NCBI RefSeq assembly: GCF_000341895.1
Contig: NC_020409.1
Coordinates: forward strand, 600,001-632,000
Direction of reading: 5' to 3'
Source: Pseudodesulfovibrio piezophilus C1TLV30
GTDB lineage: Bacteria; Desulfobacterota; Desulfovibrionia; Desulfovibrionales; Desulfovibrionaceae
Length of the DNA: 32,000 nt
Within the stretch, counting starts at the first letter, position 1; the number at the start of each line of letters is the position of its first letter. Of the stretch, positions 8,915 to 17,548 are shown piece after piece. The notes beneath the pieces are model-generated. The model was not told the DNA's origin and searched no databases. It worked only from the letters and a program-made list of their open reading frames with translations. The position numbers were made by a program, and so were the translations under genes.

Positions 8915-9751
8915 ATGCGCACTATCAATCCATCTGAAATCATTGATGCAGTGGCTTCCATGTGCATCAAGGCCAACACCGAACTTCCGGACGATGTCCG
9001 CGCCAAGCTCGAACAGGCCATGGCTGAGGAAACAAGTGCATCTGCCAAGGAAGTGCTTCGTCAATTACTGGAGAATGCAGACCTCTCCAAAGAGACTCTA
9101 CTGCCTTTGTGCCAAGACTGTGGACTTGCTGTCTACTTCGTTGAAATCGGAGATGAAGTTCGTATTGATGGCAATATCCGAGACGCGATCAATGAAGGTA
9201 CACGCAAAGGATATGCAGAAGGTTATCTTCGTAAATCCGCCTGCGACCCATTGACTCGTGTCAATACGGGAGATGGAACCCCGGCAGTCATCCACTATGA
9301 TTTTGTTCCTGGGGACAAGCTCAAAATCATATATATGGCCAAAGGCGGTGGAGCAGAAAATATGAGCCGCGCCACAATGCTCGCCCCAGCCCAAGGCTGG
9401 GAAGGCATCAAACAATTTGTCATCAACCGTGTAGCTGAAGCAGGTCCTAATCCATGCCCTCCCACTATTATAGGCATTGGAATAGGAGGAACATTCGATC
9501 ATGCGGCTAAAATAGCGAAGAAATCGTTAATACGTCGACTTGATGACACTCATCCTGACCCTGAAATCGCAGCCAAAGAAAAAGAACTCGAAGATTCTAT
9601 CAACAAATTGGGGATCGGACCCATGGGGCTTGGCGGCAAGACAACCGTTCTGAGCGTCAAACTGGCCATCGAACCCTGTCACTTGGCGAGTTTGCCACTT
9701 GCAGTCAATGTACAGTGTCACTCTCAGAGGCACGAGGAGGTCGAACTCTAA
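8915..9751 (+). CDS. fumA: Class I (Fe-S) fumarate hydratase, alpha subunit
   Basis: Signatures of the Fe-S hydro-lyase (tartrate/fumarate) alpha family are present: LCQDCGLAVYF, MAKGGGAENMS, IGIGIGGT. The gene context is frd plus malic enzyme. Confidence 0.85.
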   Translation: MRTINPSEIIDAVASMCIKANTELPDDVRAKLEQAMAEETSASAKEVLRQLLENADLSKETLLPLCQDCGLAVYFVEIGDEVRIDGNIRDAINEGTRKGYAEGYLRKSACDPLTRVNTGDGTPAVIHYDFVPGDKLKIIYMAKGGGAENMSRATMLAPAQGWEGIKQFVINRVAEAGPNPCPPTIIGIGIGGTFDHAAKIAKKSLIRRLDDTHPDPEIAAKEKELEDSINKLGIGPMGLGGKTTVLSVKLAIEPCHLASLPLAVNVQCHSQRHEEVEL

Positions 9752-10308
9752 TGGCTGAATACAAACTCACAACTCCATTGACGGATGAAGATATCAAACA
9801 ACTCAAAGCCGGAGATGTCGTGTTCTTGAGCGGATACATCTATTCCGCGCGAGATGCCGCTCACAAAAAACTCATAGATCTACTGGATGAAGATAAAGAA
9901 TTGCCATTCAAGCTGGAAGGCGCAGCAGTGTATTATGTCGGACCAAGTCCGGCTCCCCCTGGCCGACCAATCGGTGCTGCCGGTCCTACCACGAGCTACC
10001 GAATGGATTCCTATGCGCCAAGATTGCACAGCCTTGGACTGAAAGCGACCATTGGAAAAGGAAAGCGCAACGATGAAACCCGTCAAGCCATGCAGAATCA
10101 TACTGCAGTTTATTTTGGCGCAACGGGTGGAGCTGGTGCTCTTCTCTCGAATTCCATCGTCAAATCCACTGTTATTGCATTTGACGAACTCGGTCCCGAA
10201 GCTATTCGTGAGATGAAAGTCAAAGACTTTCCACTTCTTGTCATCAATGACTCTCATGGCGGGGAGCTTTATGCCGTCCCGGATCGCAAAGCTGCAGGCA
10301 TTGAATAA
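9751..10308 (+). CDS. fumB: Class I (Fe-S) fumarate hydratase, beta subunit
   Basis: Motifs are SGYIYSARDAAHKKL, VGPSPAPPGRPIGAAGPTTSYRMD and IGKGKR. I prefer ATG 9751, which has GAGGAGG at 9734-9740 and overlaps the alpha-subunit stop as TAATG, over the GTG at 9715 in the track. Confidence 0.85.
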   Translation: MAEYKLTTPLTDEDIKQLKAGDVVFLSGYIYSARDAAHKKLIDLLDEDKELPFKLEGAAVYYVGPSPAPPGRPIGAAGPTTSYRMDSYAPRLHSLGLKATIGKGKRNDETRQAMQNHTAVYFGATGGAGALLSNSIVKSTVIAFDELGPEAIREMKVKDFPLLVINDSHGGELYAVPDRKAAGIE

Positions 10309-10334
10309 CAAAATCTAACTACAAGGAGATAGAA

Positions 10335-11657
10335 ATGGCTTTATTTACCAAACAGGAAGCTCTCGATTACCACTCCATGGGGAGAAAGGGGAAAATCGAA
10401 GTTGTCCCAGTCAAACCTTGCGCAACACAAAAACACTTATCCATGGCATACAGCCCTGGTGTGGCTGAAGCCTGCCTTGAAATCGCTGAAGATGAGACAA
10501 AATCCTATGAGTATACTGCACGAGGCAATCTGGTTGCAGTTATTTCCAATGGAACAGCGGTTCTTGGATTGGGAAATATCGGCGCAGCAGCGGGCAAACC
10601 GGTTATGGAAGGCAAAGGTGTGCTCTTCAAGGTCTTTGCCGACGTTGACTGCTATGACATCAACCTCGATGTGACCGATCCTGACAAACTCATTGAAATT
10701 GCAAAATCAATGGAACCGACTTTTGGTGGTATCAATCTCGAAGATATCAAATCTCCGGAATGCTTCTACATTGAGGAGACTTTAAAAAAGGAAATGAACA
10801 TTCCTGTCTTCCATGACGATCAGCACGGCACAGCTATTGTGACTGCCGCAGGCATGATGAATGCCGTGGAAATTTCAGGAAAAAAAGCTCAGGACCTTCG
10901 GGTTGTCGTCTCAGGCGCAGGGGCCTCGGCCATTGCATGCACCAATCTATACCGAAACATGGGAGTCAAACCTGAAAATATTGCCATGTTTGATTCACGT
11001 GGACATATTAACAAGTCTCGCACTGACTTGAATAAATTCAAACAACAATATGCTACGGATATCGAGTATGGATCTCTTGCTGAAGCCATGGTTGGTGCGG
11101 ACTGCTTCCTCGGCTTATCTGTCAAGGACATGGTGTCCAAAGACATGGTCAAATCCATGAGTGACAATTGCCCGATCATATTTGCCTGCGCCAACCCTGA
11201 TCCGGAAATAACATACAACGACGCCAAGGAGGCCCGCCCGGATTGCATCATGGGCACAGGTCGCTCCGACTATCCAAATCAAGTCAACAATGTACTTGGA
11301 TTCCCTTTTATTTTCCGTGGAGCGCTTGATTGCGGAGCAACTGCCATTACGGAGGAAATGAAGCTAGCGGCAGCCCAAGCCCTTGCAGACCTGGCCAAGG
11401 AAGAGGCTCCTCAATCCGTATGCGATGCTTATGGCGTCGATAAACTTGAATTCGGTCGTGACTATGTCATCCCCAAAGCGCTTGACCTTCGTCTGATCGA
11501 ATATGTTTCCGTGGCAGTGGCCAAGGCCGCCATGGAGGCTGGCATTGCACGAAAGCAACTCAATCTTGATGAATATCGGAAAGAGTTGCGTCAACGCATT
11601 GCTGACTCCACGAAACGAGTGAGTTCCTTTGTGGATTCATACGACCTTGGGATTTAG
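10335..11657 (+). CDS. NAD(P)-dependent malic enzyme, short form without a PTA-like domain
   Basis: Motifs are [62 protein letters not shown] and [15 protein letters not shown]. The RBS AAGGAG precedes the start. Confidence 0.9.
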   Translation: MALFTKQEALDYHSMGRKGKIEVVPVKPCATQKHLSMAYSPGVAEACLEIAEDETKSYEYTARGNLVAVISNGTAVLGLGNIGAAAGKPVMEGKGVLFKVFADVDCYDINLDVTDPDKLIEIAKSMEPTFGGINLEDIKSPECFYIEETLKKEMNIPVFHDDQHGTAIVTAAGMMNAVEISGKKAQDLRVVVSGAGASAIACTNLYRNMGVKPENIAMFDSRGHINKSRTDLNKFKQQYATDIEYGSLAEAMVGADCFLGLSVKDMVSKDMVKSMSDNCPIIFACANPDPEITYNDAKEARPDCIMGTGRSDYPNQVNNVLGFPFIFRGALDCGATAITEEMKLAAAQALADLAKEEAPQSVCDAYGVDKLEFGRDYVIPKALDLRLIEYVSVAVAKAAMEAGIARKQLNLDEYRKELRQRIADSTKRVSSFVDSYDLGI

Positions 11658-11668
11658 CATCAATCCTT

Positions 11669-11696
11669 CCGGGCGGGGAGTTGCGGCCCTGCCCGG
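11669..11696 (+). other. GC-rich intercistronic hairpin between the malic enzyme and transporter genes
   Basis: CCGGGCGGGG (11669-11678) pairs with CCCTGCCCGG (11687-11696), with one G-U pair and an 8-nt loop. No T-tract follows, so processing, stabilisation or attenuation is more likely than full termination. Confidence 0.35.
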
Positions 11697-11778
11697 CCCT
11701 GAAGACCTCAGGGAGCCAGCACTGGGATTGCTGTCCAACACGCGGTGATGAACACCGCAAGACAAGAGAGGAAAAACA

Positions 11779-13320
11779 ATGAGTGCTCAAGCTGCAGAGA
11801 GCGGAAATGGCAAAATCATCGGGTTTATTTTAGGCCCCGTCATCTTTGTCTTAATGCTCATCATTCCGGCTCCGGAAGGCATGAAAGTCGAAGCATGGCG
11901 GGTAGCAGCCGTCACTGCTCTCATGGCCATCTGGTGGATCACCGAAGCGATTCCCATTCCTGCGACATCGCTCCTCCCTATCGCCATGTTCCCCCTGCTC
12001 GGGATCATGAAATCTGCGGCCGCGACCGCTCCTTACGCCAACCATCTTATTTATCTTTTCATGGGTGGTTTTTTCCTGGCTGTGACTATGGAACGATGGA
12101 ATCTGCACAGACGTGTCGCCCTCTACACTATCCGTGCAATAGGCACCAGCCCCGGACGAATGATCATGGGATTCATGGTCGCCACGGCCTTTCTGTCCAT
12201 GTGGGTCTCCAATACCGCGACCACAATGATGATGGTCCCTATCGGAATGGCTGTCATCCAACAGGCAACAGGCTTTGAATCCAGTGATCTCCGTTCCAGC
12301 ACCAATACCGGGCCGGAAGCGAACTTTGGAAAATGCCTCATGCTGGGTATCGCGTATGCAGCCTCCATGGGTGGAGTCGGCACTATCATTGGTACTCCAC
12401 CAAACACAGTCATGGCAGGTATGGTCGAAAAAATGTTTGGTGTTGAAATAGGATTCGGCCAATGGATGCTCTTCGGAGTTCCTCTTGCCACCATTATGGT
12501 CCTTTTGTCCTGGTTTATATTGACGAAATGGCTCTTCCCCATGGGAAGCATGCAAATTGCCGGTGGGGACAAGATTATTAATGATGAAGTCAAGAAACTT
12601 GGTCCCATGTCATCAGAAGAAAAGAAAATTGTAATCGTAGGCTGCTTTGTCGCCGTATTCTGGTTGGCACGTGGCTTTCTCAAAAAAGTTCCTTTCATCA
12701 TCGATGCCATGCCCCACTTCGGGTACATCCATGATGCAACAATCGGTATCCTTGGTGCCTTGATTCTGTTCGCTCTGCCTACAAACTTCAAAAAAGGTGA
12801 ATTCCTTCTGGATTGGAAAACAGCAGTCAAAATCCCTTGGGATGTCATCTTGCTCTTTGGTGGAGGTCTTGCCATTGCTAACGGTTTTGCAAAGACAGGA
12901 CTTGCCTCCTATATAGCTTCTCAACTTGGAGCTTTAGAAGGAACAAGTATTCTCATTTTTGTGGCTGTTGTTGTCTTGATCACTATCTTCCTGACGGAAA
13001 TAACTTCAAATACCGCTACGGCAACTCTGCTTGTCCCAATCATGGGAAGTGCAGCCATTGCCATGGGAGTCCATCCATACGCTACAATCGTCGGAGCTTG
13101 TGTCGCTGCATCATTTGCCTTCATGCTCCCGGTTGCCACCCCTCCAAATGCCGTTGTCTTCGGCAGTGGATGTGTTTCAATCAAACAAATGGCAAAAGCC
13201 GGTTTATGGTTGAATATCCTTGGAACCATTCTAATCACGGCATTTGTCGTATACTTCCTGCCCGTCATCTGGGGTGTAGACCTCAATGTCGTACCGGATT
13301 GGGCTGTCATGCCTAAATAA
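11779..13320 (+). CDS. DASS/SLC13-family anion:cation symporter, probably a C4-dicarboxylate transporter
   Basis: The 513-aa protein is polytopic. It has the two hairpin-tip motifs SNTATTMMMVPI and SNTATATLLVPI, plus GTPPNT and ATPPNA. It is the last gene of the frd-fum-mae operon. Confidence 0.85.
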   Translation: MSAQAAESGNGKIIGFILGPVIFVLMLIIPAPEGMKVEAWRVAAVTALMAIWWITEAIPIPATSLLPIAMFPLLGIMKSAAATAPYANHLIYLFMGGFFLAVTMERWNLHRRVALYTIRAIGTSPGRMIMGFMVATAFLSMWVSNTATTMMMVPIGMAVIQQATGFESSDLRSSTNTGPEANFGKCLMLGIAYAASMGGVGTIIGTPPNTVMAGMVEKMFGVEIGFGQWMLFGVPLATIMVLLSWFILTKWLFPMGSMQIAGGDKIINDEVKKLGPMSSEEKKIVIVGCFVAVFWLARGFLKKVPFIIDAMPHFGYIHDATIGILGALILFALPTNFKKGEFLLDWKTAVKIPWDVILLFGGGLAIANGFAKTGLASYIASQLGALEGTSILIFVAVVVLITIFLTEITSNTATATLLVPIMGSAAIAMGVHPYATIVGACVAASFAFMLPVATPPNAVVFGSGCVSIKQMAKAGLWLNILGTILITAFVVYFLPVIWGVDLNVVPDWAVMPK

Positions 13321-13327
13321 TATCCTG

Positions 13328-13357
13328 CCTACGGGCGACCAACCGGTCGCCCGTAGG
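13328..13357 (+). terminator. Hairpin terminator after the DASS transporter gene
   Basis: CCTACGGGCGACC pairs with GGTCGCCCGTAGG in a perfect 13-bp stem with a 4-nt loop (AACC). Only TT follows the stem. Confidence 0.6.
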
Positions 13358-13419
13358 TTCAGCCCCCGGTCATCAATTTTATTACTTGAGCTGCCGTAAT
13401 CTTACGGCGGAGAGGAAAG

Positions 13420-14184
13420 ATGCGCTCAAAATCGAAGATAATTCCGATCATATTGGTAGCTGTTCTTCTCTTGGTGGTAGCTATTTTCGGCTACGTTCAT
13501 CCAGGAAAAACACAACACATGCCAGTACGGATACTTTTTGAAAACAATGGGGGGAAAGTCATATTCTCCCACCTGATACACCACCGGGATTACAAAATAG
13601 ATTGTGCCACATGTCATCATGACAAAAAACAGAAACCTCTCTCACAAGATGACACTGCGTTACATTGTGGCTCCTGTCACCCGAATGAATTTAATGAAGA
13701 ATTCATTGCCAGTCACATGGATTCCTTTCCAGATGAAACATACTGTGTCCGATGCCATCATACTGAATTTGCCGAAGTTATCTTTAATCACGAAGAACAC
13801 AAAGAATATGCTGACGACTGCTCTGATTGTCACCATGGCAAAGAAATAGAACCCACCCCTCAGCGATGTTCTCACTGCCATAAGTCCCATGATATCAATG
13901 GACTGATCAGTATGCGACAAGCAGGACATCAAAGCTGTGCAAATTGTCATGAGGATATGTTTGAGACTGGATTATCAAGCTGCAAATCATGCCATGTCCA
14001 AGTGGATATGACCAAATATGAAGGAGACTATACATCCTGCAATTCATGCCATGAAGCCGAAGCACGAGAATTGGTTCTTCCACGTATGAATGCATTTCAT
14101 GATCAATGCCTCTCCTGTCACGAAAAAGAAGGAGCTGGCCCATATGGTCCCGACGATTGCAACAAATGCCACATTAGTAGGTAA
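13420..14184 (+). CDS. dhcA: Membrane-anchored decaheme cytochrome c heading the rnf operon (DhcA-like)
   Basis: There are ten CXXCH motifs in 254 aa: CATCH, CGSCH, CVRCH, CSDCH, CSHCH, CANCH, CKSCH, CNSCH, CLSCH, CNKCH. An N-terminal hydrophobic anchor or signal is present (IIPIILVAVLLLVVAIFGYV). The RBS GGAGAGG precedes the start. Confidence 0.9.
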   Translation: MRSKSKIIPIILVAVLLLVVAIFGYVHPGKTQHMPVRILFENNGGKVIFSHLIHHRDYKIDCATCHHDKKQKPLSQDDTALHCGSCHPNEFNEEFIASHMDSFPDETYCVRCHHTEFAEVIFNHEEHKEYADDCSDCHHGKEIEPTPQRCSHCHKSHDINGLISMRQAGHQSCANCHEDMFETGLSSCKSCHVQVDMTKYEGDYTSCNSCHEAEARELVLPRMNAFHDQCLSCHEKEGAGPYGPDDCNKCHISR

Positions 14185-14192
14185 TCAGAACA

Positions 14193-15299
14193 ATGAATAT
14201 CCAAGATATCCTTCCAATTAAACAGGCGGAATTCACCCTGATGCAATATTGTCCCCTGGTGACATGTGGGCAAACCGTCAAACGAGGGCAAAGGTTGGCG
14301 ACCTCTTCAATCCAAGGCATGGGTGATATCCATTCACCCGTGGCAGGGCGAGTCAGCCATCTTGATTCATTCCGTATCCGTATAACAGCCGAAGGTAACG
14401 AAGAAGTAGATTTTACTGATCTCAATAAATTCAAAGGACAGCAACTCTATAAAAAACTTCTTGAACTTGGAGCCGACATTCCTCCCATAGCCGAGGTCGA
14501 GACTCTTATCATCAATAGCGTTGATGCAGAAATTGGTGTTCTGACTCGTAAGGAACTTCTGGTTACGTCTCAAGCCCCTCTTGAATGTGGACTTGAAGTC
14601 ATTCAAACCCTCTACAAACCAGAACTGACTGTCATGGCAACACTCAAAGGCACATCAAATTCACTGGGAAACCTCCTCTGCGTCGAAATCTCGGACCAAT
14701 ACCCGGCAGGACTTGATCCCCTGGTAGCCTTAGCCGTAACCGGCATTGAATCACCAGAAAAGACACTCGTGGTTGACTTGGAAACGCTATTCCACATTGG
14801 CCGAATTATGGAAACCGGACTCCCTTTATTTGAAACAATGGTCACAATTGGTAAAGAAGCACACATTGTCCCTCTTGGCTTGGCAGTCGGTGACATTTTA
14901 GAACATTTTGGAGAAAAATTAGTTGATCACGACAGGATCGTCCTAGGAGGCGCTCTGCGCGGTGCAGCTGCGGCATCAGCGACGCAAGGAGTAGATCGAA
15001 AGACCAATGCCATTACACTTATTCGAACCCCTGTCCCAATCGCACTGGATGCGGCCTGTGTTGGGTGTGGAGAATGTGTCCGACACTGCCCCGCCCGTCT
15101 CGATCCTGCCATGATTACCAGCTATGCAGAATTTGGCCTCTATGAAAAAGCTGCCGAAGAATTTGTAAACACTTGTTTTGAATGTGGACTCTGTGGCTTT
15201 TTTTGCATCGCACACCGCCCCATGCTCCAGTATATACGCTTAGCAAAAAAGGAATTGGCCCTTGGTACAGTCAAATCCAGGGAGGAGGGAGCACTATGA
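14193..15299 (+). CDS. rnfC: RnfC-like subunit, short, with a degenerate nucleotide-binding region
   Basis: The RnfC N-terminal barrel motif GDIHSPVAGRV is present. The C-terminus has a 2x[4Fe-4S] region (CVGCGECVRHCP and CFECGLCGFFC). The gene sits before rnfD. Where canonical RnfC has GLGGAGFP and ECEPY, this protein has ELGADIPP and DAEIG. Confidence 0.8.
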   Translation: MNIQDILPIKQAEFTLMQYCPLVTCGQTVKRGQRLATSSIQGMGDIHSPVAGRVSHLDSFRIRITAEGNEEVDFTDLNKFKGQQLYKKLLELGADIPPIAEVETLIINSVDAEIGVLTRKELLVTSQAPLECGLEVIQTLYKPELTVMATLKGTSNSLGNLLCVEISDQYPAGLDPLVALAVTGIESPEKTLVVDLETLFHIGRIMETGLPLFETMVTIGKEAHIVPLGLAVGDILEHFGEKLVDHDRIVLGGALRGAAAASATQGVDRKTNAITLIRTPVPIALDAACVGCGECVRHCPARLDPAMITSYAEFGLYEKAAEEFVNTCFECGLCGFFCIAHRPMLQYIRLAKKELALGTVKSREEGAL

Positions 15300-16246
15300 A
15301 GCCAATTATCCCATTTCATCTGACAGTATCTGTCCCGCCCCATCGTCATTACGGCACTTCAATACGCGGCAGGATGTTTGCCATTCTACTGGCTATGCTT
15401 CCGGCAGCAACCATGGGGCTAGCCAACTATGGCATGCCAGCTCTTAGGGTCATGTGTCTTTCTATGAGTGCTGCAATTTTCACAGAAGCTCTCTGTCATT
15501 GGCTTATGGAAAGTAAAAGTGAACTTGAGAATCTCCATGCCTTTATCGTGGGATTATCCTTTGCATTCCTCTTACCGGCATCAGCACCTTGGTGGCTTGT
15601 CACTTTTGGAAGTGCCACTTCCATAATTCTCGGAAAAATGATTTTTGGCCCCCTCGGTGGAAGCCCTTTTTGTGCTCCTCTCATCGGATGGGCGGTTTGC
15701 CGAATCTCATGGCCTGCTTTCATGGATATTGATGCTTCCATGCTTTCTGCCGACCTGACATTCCCCCTGGCCCAACTCAAGGACTTCGGACTGAACTCGG
15801 TCATGATAACCGATACAAAACAACTTTTTCTGGGCAAACAGCTTGGGGGATTAGGTGCTGTTCAAATAGCCGGAATCTTGCTTGGTGGCATTATCCTCGT
15901 GGCTAAGAGGCATGTTTCATCCATCATTCCAATGGGGGTCATCGGCGGAGTCTGTATCACCGCTGGACTCTTCAACATGCTCAATCCAAACATTTACGCA
16001 ACACCCGGCTTCCACCTCCTGACCGGATCAACACTTTTCGGAGCCTTTTTCCTCGCAACCGATGGTTCATCCTCACCCAACAGACAAATCCCCATGCTCC
16101 TCTTCGGCTTACTCATCGGGATAATGATTGTTCTTATTCGAATTTATGGTTCATACCCGGATGGCGTCCCTTTTGCCATTTTAATAGCAAACCTTTTTAC
16201 TCCGGTTTTCGAGCGAATTCGCCCCCGGCCCTTTGGTGTGAGGTGA
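15296..16246 (+). CDS. rnfD: RnfD, polytopic membrane subunit
   Basis: ATG 15296 overlaps the rnfC stop as ATGA and is preceded by AGGGAGGAGGG. The N-terminus has SVPPHRH, and the remainder is multi-TM. The track start at 15182 lies inside rnfC. Confidence 0.85.
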   Translation: MKPIIPFHLTVSVPPHRHYGTSIRGRMFAILLAMLPAATMGLANYGMPALRVMCLSMSAAIFTEALCHWLMESKSELENLHAFIVGLSFAFLLPASAPWWLVTFGSATSIILGKMIFGPLGGSPFCAPLIGWAVCRISWPAFMDIDASMLSADLTFPLAQLKDFGLNSVMITDTKQLFLGKQLGGLGAVQIAGILLGGIILVAKRHVSSIIPMGVIGGVCITAGLFNMLNPNIYATPGFHLLTGSTLFGAFFLATDGSSSPNRQIPMLLFGLLIGIMIVLIRIYGSYPDGVPFAILIANLFTPVFERIRPRPFGVR

Positions 16247-16249
16247 CAT

Positions 16250-16825
16250 ATGAAAGAAATGATGAAAATGATGCTTGTTCTTTCTCTTATCTGTGGCTTT
16301 GCAGGGATTTCTCTTGCCGCACTGAAGGAGATCACCTCACCTGTAATCGAAGAGCAGGTACTGACCTTTGTTCAGGCTCCGGCAATTGAGTATGTGCTGA
16401 AGAGCCACGACAATGACCCCATAAAAGACCGAAAAAAATATTCTCTGAATACTCGAGTAGTGACAGTATTTCCAGGCATAAAGAATGGAATCCTCGAAAG
16501 CATAGCATTTGAAACTTCTGGCAAAGGATATGGCGGAAATATCGGTGTCATGGTTGGTTTTGATATCTCTACTCAAACTCTTTCAGGCATTGGCATCACA
16601 ACCCTGAAAGAAACTCCGGGCCTTGGTTCCCGTGTTGCCGAACATGGTTATACGACACAATTCAGAGGCCACCCAATCCAATCCATAGCTCTCAAAAAAA
16701 ATGGTGGAGATATAGACGCTGTAGCAGGGGCAACCATCTCGTCAACCGGCACAGTCGCTGCGGTTCAAGATGCAATATCTCTCTTTATGCAACTCAAAAC
16801 AGAACTTGCCGACGGCTGGTCCTAG
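16250..16825 (+). CDS. rnfG: RnfG, FMN-binding subunit
   Basis: It has an N-terminal anchor (MMLVLSLICGFAGISLAAL), an FMN_bind-type domain, and the flavinylation motif DAVAGATISSTG. Confidence 0.9.
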   Translation: MKEMMKMMLVLSLICGFAGISLAALKEITSPVIEEQVLTFVQAPAIEYVLKSHDNDPIKDRKKYSLNTRVVTVFPGIKNGILESIAFETSGKGYGGNIGVMVGFDISTQTLSGIGITTLKETPGLGSRVAEHGYTTQFRGHPIQSIALKKNGGDIDAVAGATISSTGTVAAVQDAISLFMQLKTELADGWS

Positions 16826-16854
16826 GCTGACAAATGCCTCATTCGGAGAAGACA

Positions 16855-17535
16855 ATGAATCAATTATGGAAAGAATTTTCCAAAGGACTCTGGAAAGATC
16901 TCCCCCCCTTCAAACTGGTCCTCGGCCTCTGTCCAGTCCTTGCTGTCACGAATACGACTCAAAATGGCCTTGGCATGGGGGTGGCTGTTATCTTTGTACT
17001 CACCCTCTCAAACCTCGTGGTTTCATTACTACGAAAGATAATTCCCTCGAAGGTCCGTATTGCCTGTTTTATTGCTATCTCCGCTTCGCTTGTCGTGGCG
17101 GTTGAACTTCTTATGCAAGCATTTGCTTATCCTCTCTACCAACAACTCGGCATCTTTGTTCCTTTGATAGTGGTAAATTGTATAATCCTCGGGCGAGCTG
17201 AAGCTTTTGCTTCCAAAAATTCCCCACTTATGGCCATGGCCGATGGCATGGGGATGGGGGTCGGATTCACCATGTCGCTCACGTTTCTCGGGGCTCTTCG
17301 TGAAATTCTTGGAACCGGAAAACTCTTTGGTACGTACGTTGCCTGGGGAGACTTCGAACCCGTCGGATTAATGGTCCAGGCACCTGGAGCTTTTGTCAGC
17401 CTCGGAATTCTACTCGCCTTGATGACGTTTGTTGAAAACATACAGCGAAAACGCAGAGGGTTAGCCGCAATAGAAGGTCCTACACACGATTGCGGAGCGT
17501 GCGGCGGATGTGGCAAAGCGTCAAACTGTTCATAG
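16855..17535 (+). CDS. rnfE: RnfE membrane subunit with a Cys-rich C-terminal tail
   Basis: Motifs are LGLCPVLAVT and VNCIILGRAEAFA. I prefer ATG 16855 (GGAGAAG RBS) over 16834. The tail reads THDCGACGGCGKASNCS. Confidence 0.85.
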   Translation: MNQLWKEFSKGLWKDLPPFKLVLGLCPVLAVTNTTQNGLGMGVAVIFVLTLSNLVVSLLRKIIPSKVRIACFIAISASLVVAVELLMQAFAYPLYQQLGIFVPLIVVNCIILGRAEAFASKNSPLMAMADGMGMGVGFTMSLTFLGALREILGTGKLFGTYVAWGDFEPVGLMVQAPGAFVSLGILLALMTFVENIQRKRRGLAAIEGPTHDCGACGGCGKASNCS

Positions 17536-17548
17536 TGGAGCATAAACA

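Noticed and set aside
9715-9750. The ORF-track start (GTG 9715) for the fumarase beta subunit adds MSLSEARGGRTL.
   Set aside because: The extension lies entirely inside the alpha-subunit gene. ATG 9751 has a GAGGAGG RBS and a TAATG stop-start overlap, and the protein family normally begins near MAEYKL.
8915-10308. An alternative reading of the two Fe-S hydro-lyase subunits is L(+)-tartrate dehydratase (TtdAB).
   Set aside because: The two families cannot be separated by eye. However, the genes lie between fumarate reductase and malic enzyme in one operon, which favours fumarase. A phylogeny or an activity assay would settle it.
11851-12875. Long minus-strand ORFs (11851-12555 and 12123-12875) and the +2-frame His/Arg-rich ORF 11745-12278 overlap the DASS gene.
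   Set aside because: They are shadow frames of a confidently identified transporter gene. Their composition is odd (His/Gly/Arg- or Pro/Met-rich), they have no RBS, and I recognise no motif.
13391-13410. GCCGTAA-TC-TTACGGC, just before the dhcA RBS, was considered as a translational control hairpin.
   Set aside because: The stem is short with a very small loop, so a stable structure is doubtful. There is no supporting evidence.
15182-15295. A 38-residue N-terminal extension of rnfD appears in the ORF track.
   Set aside because: It overlaps the 3' end of rnfC in another frame. ATG 15296 is preceded by AGGGAGGAGGG and overlaps the rnfC stop as ATGA.
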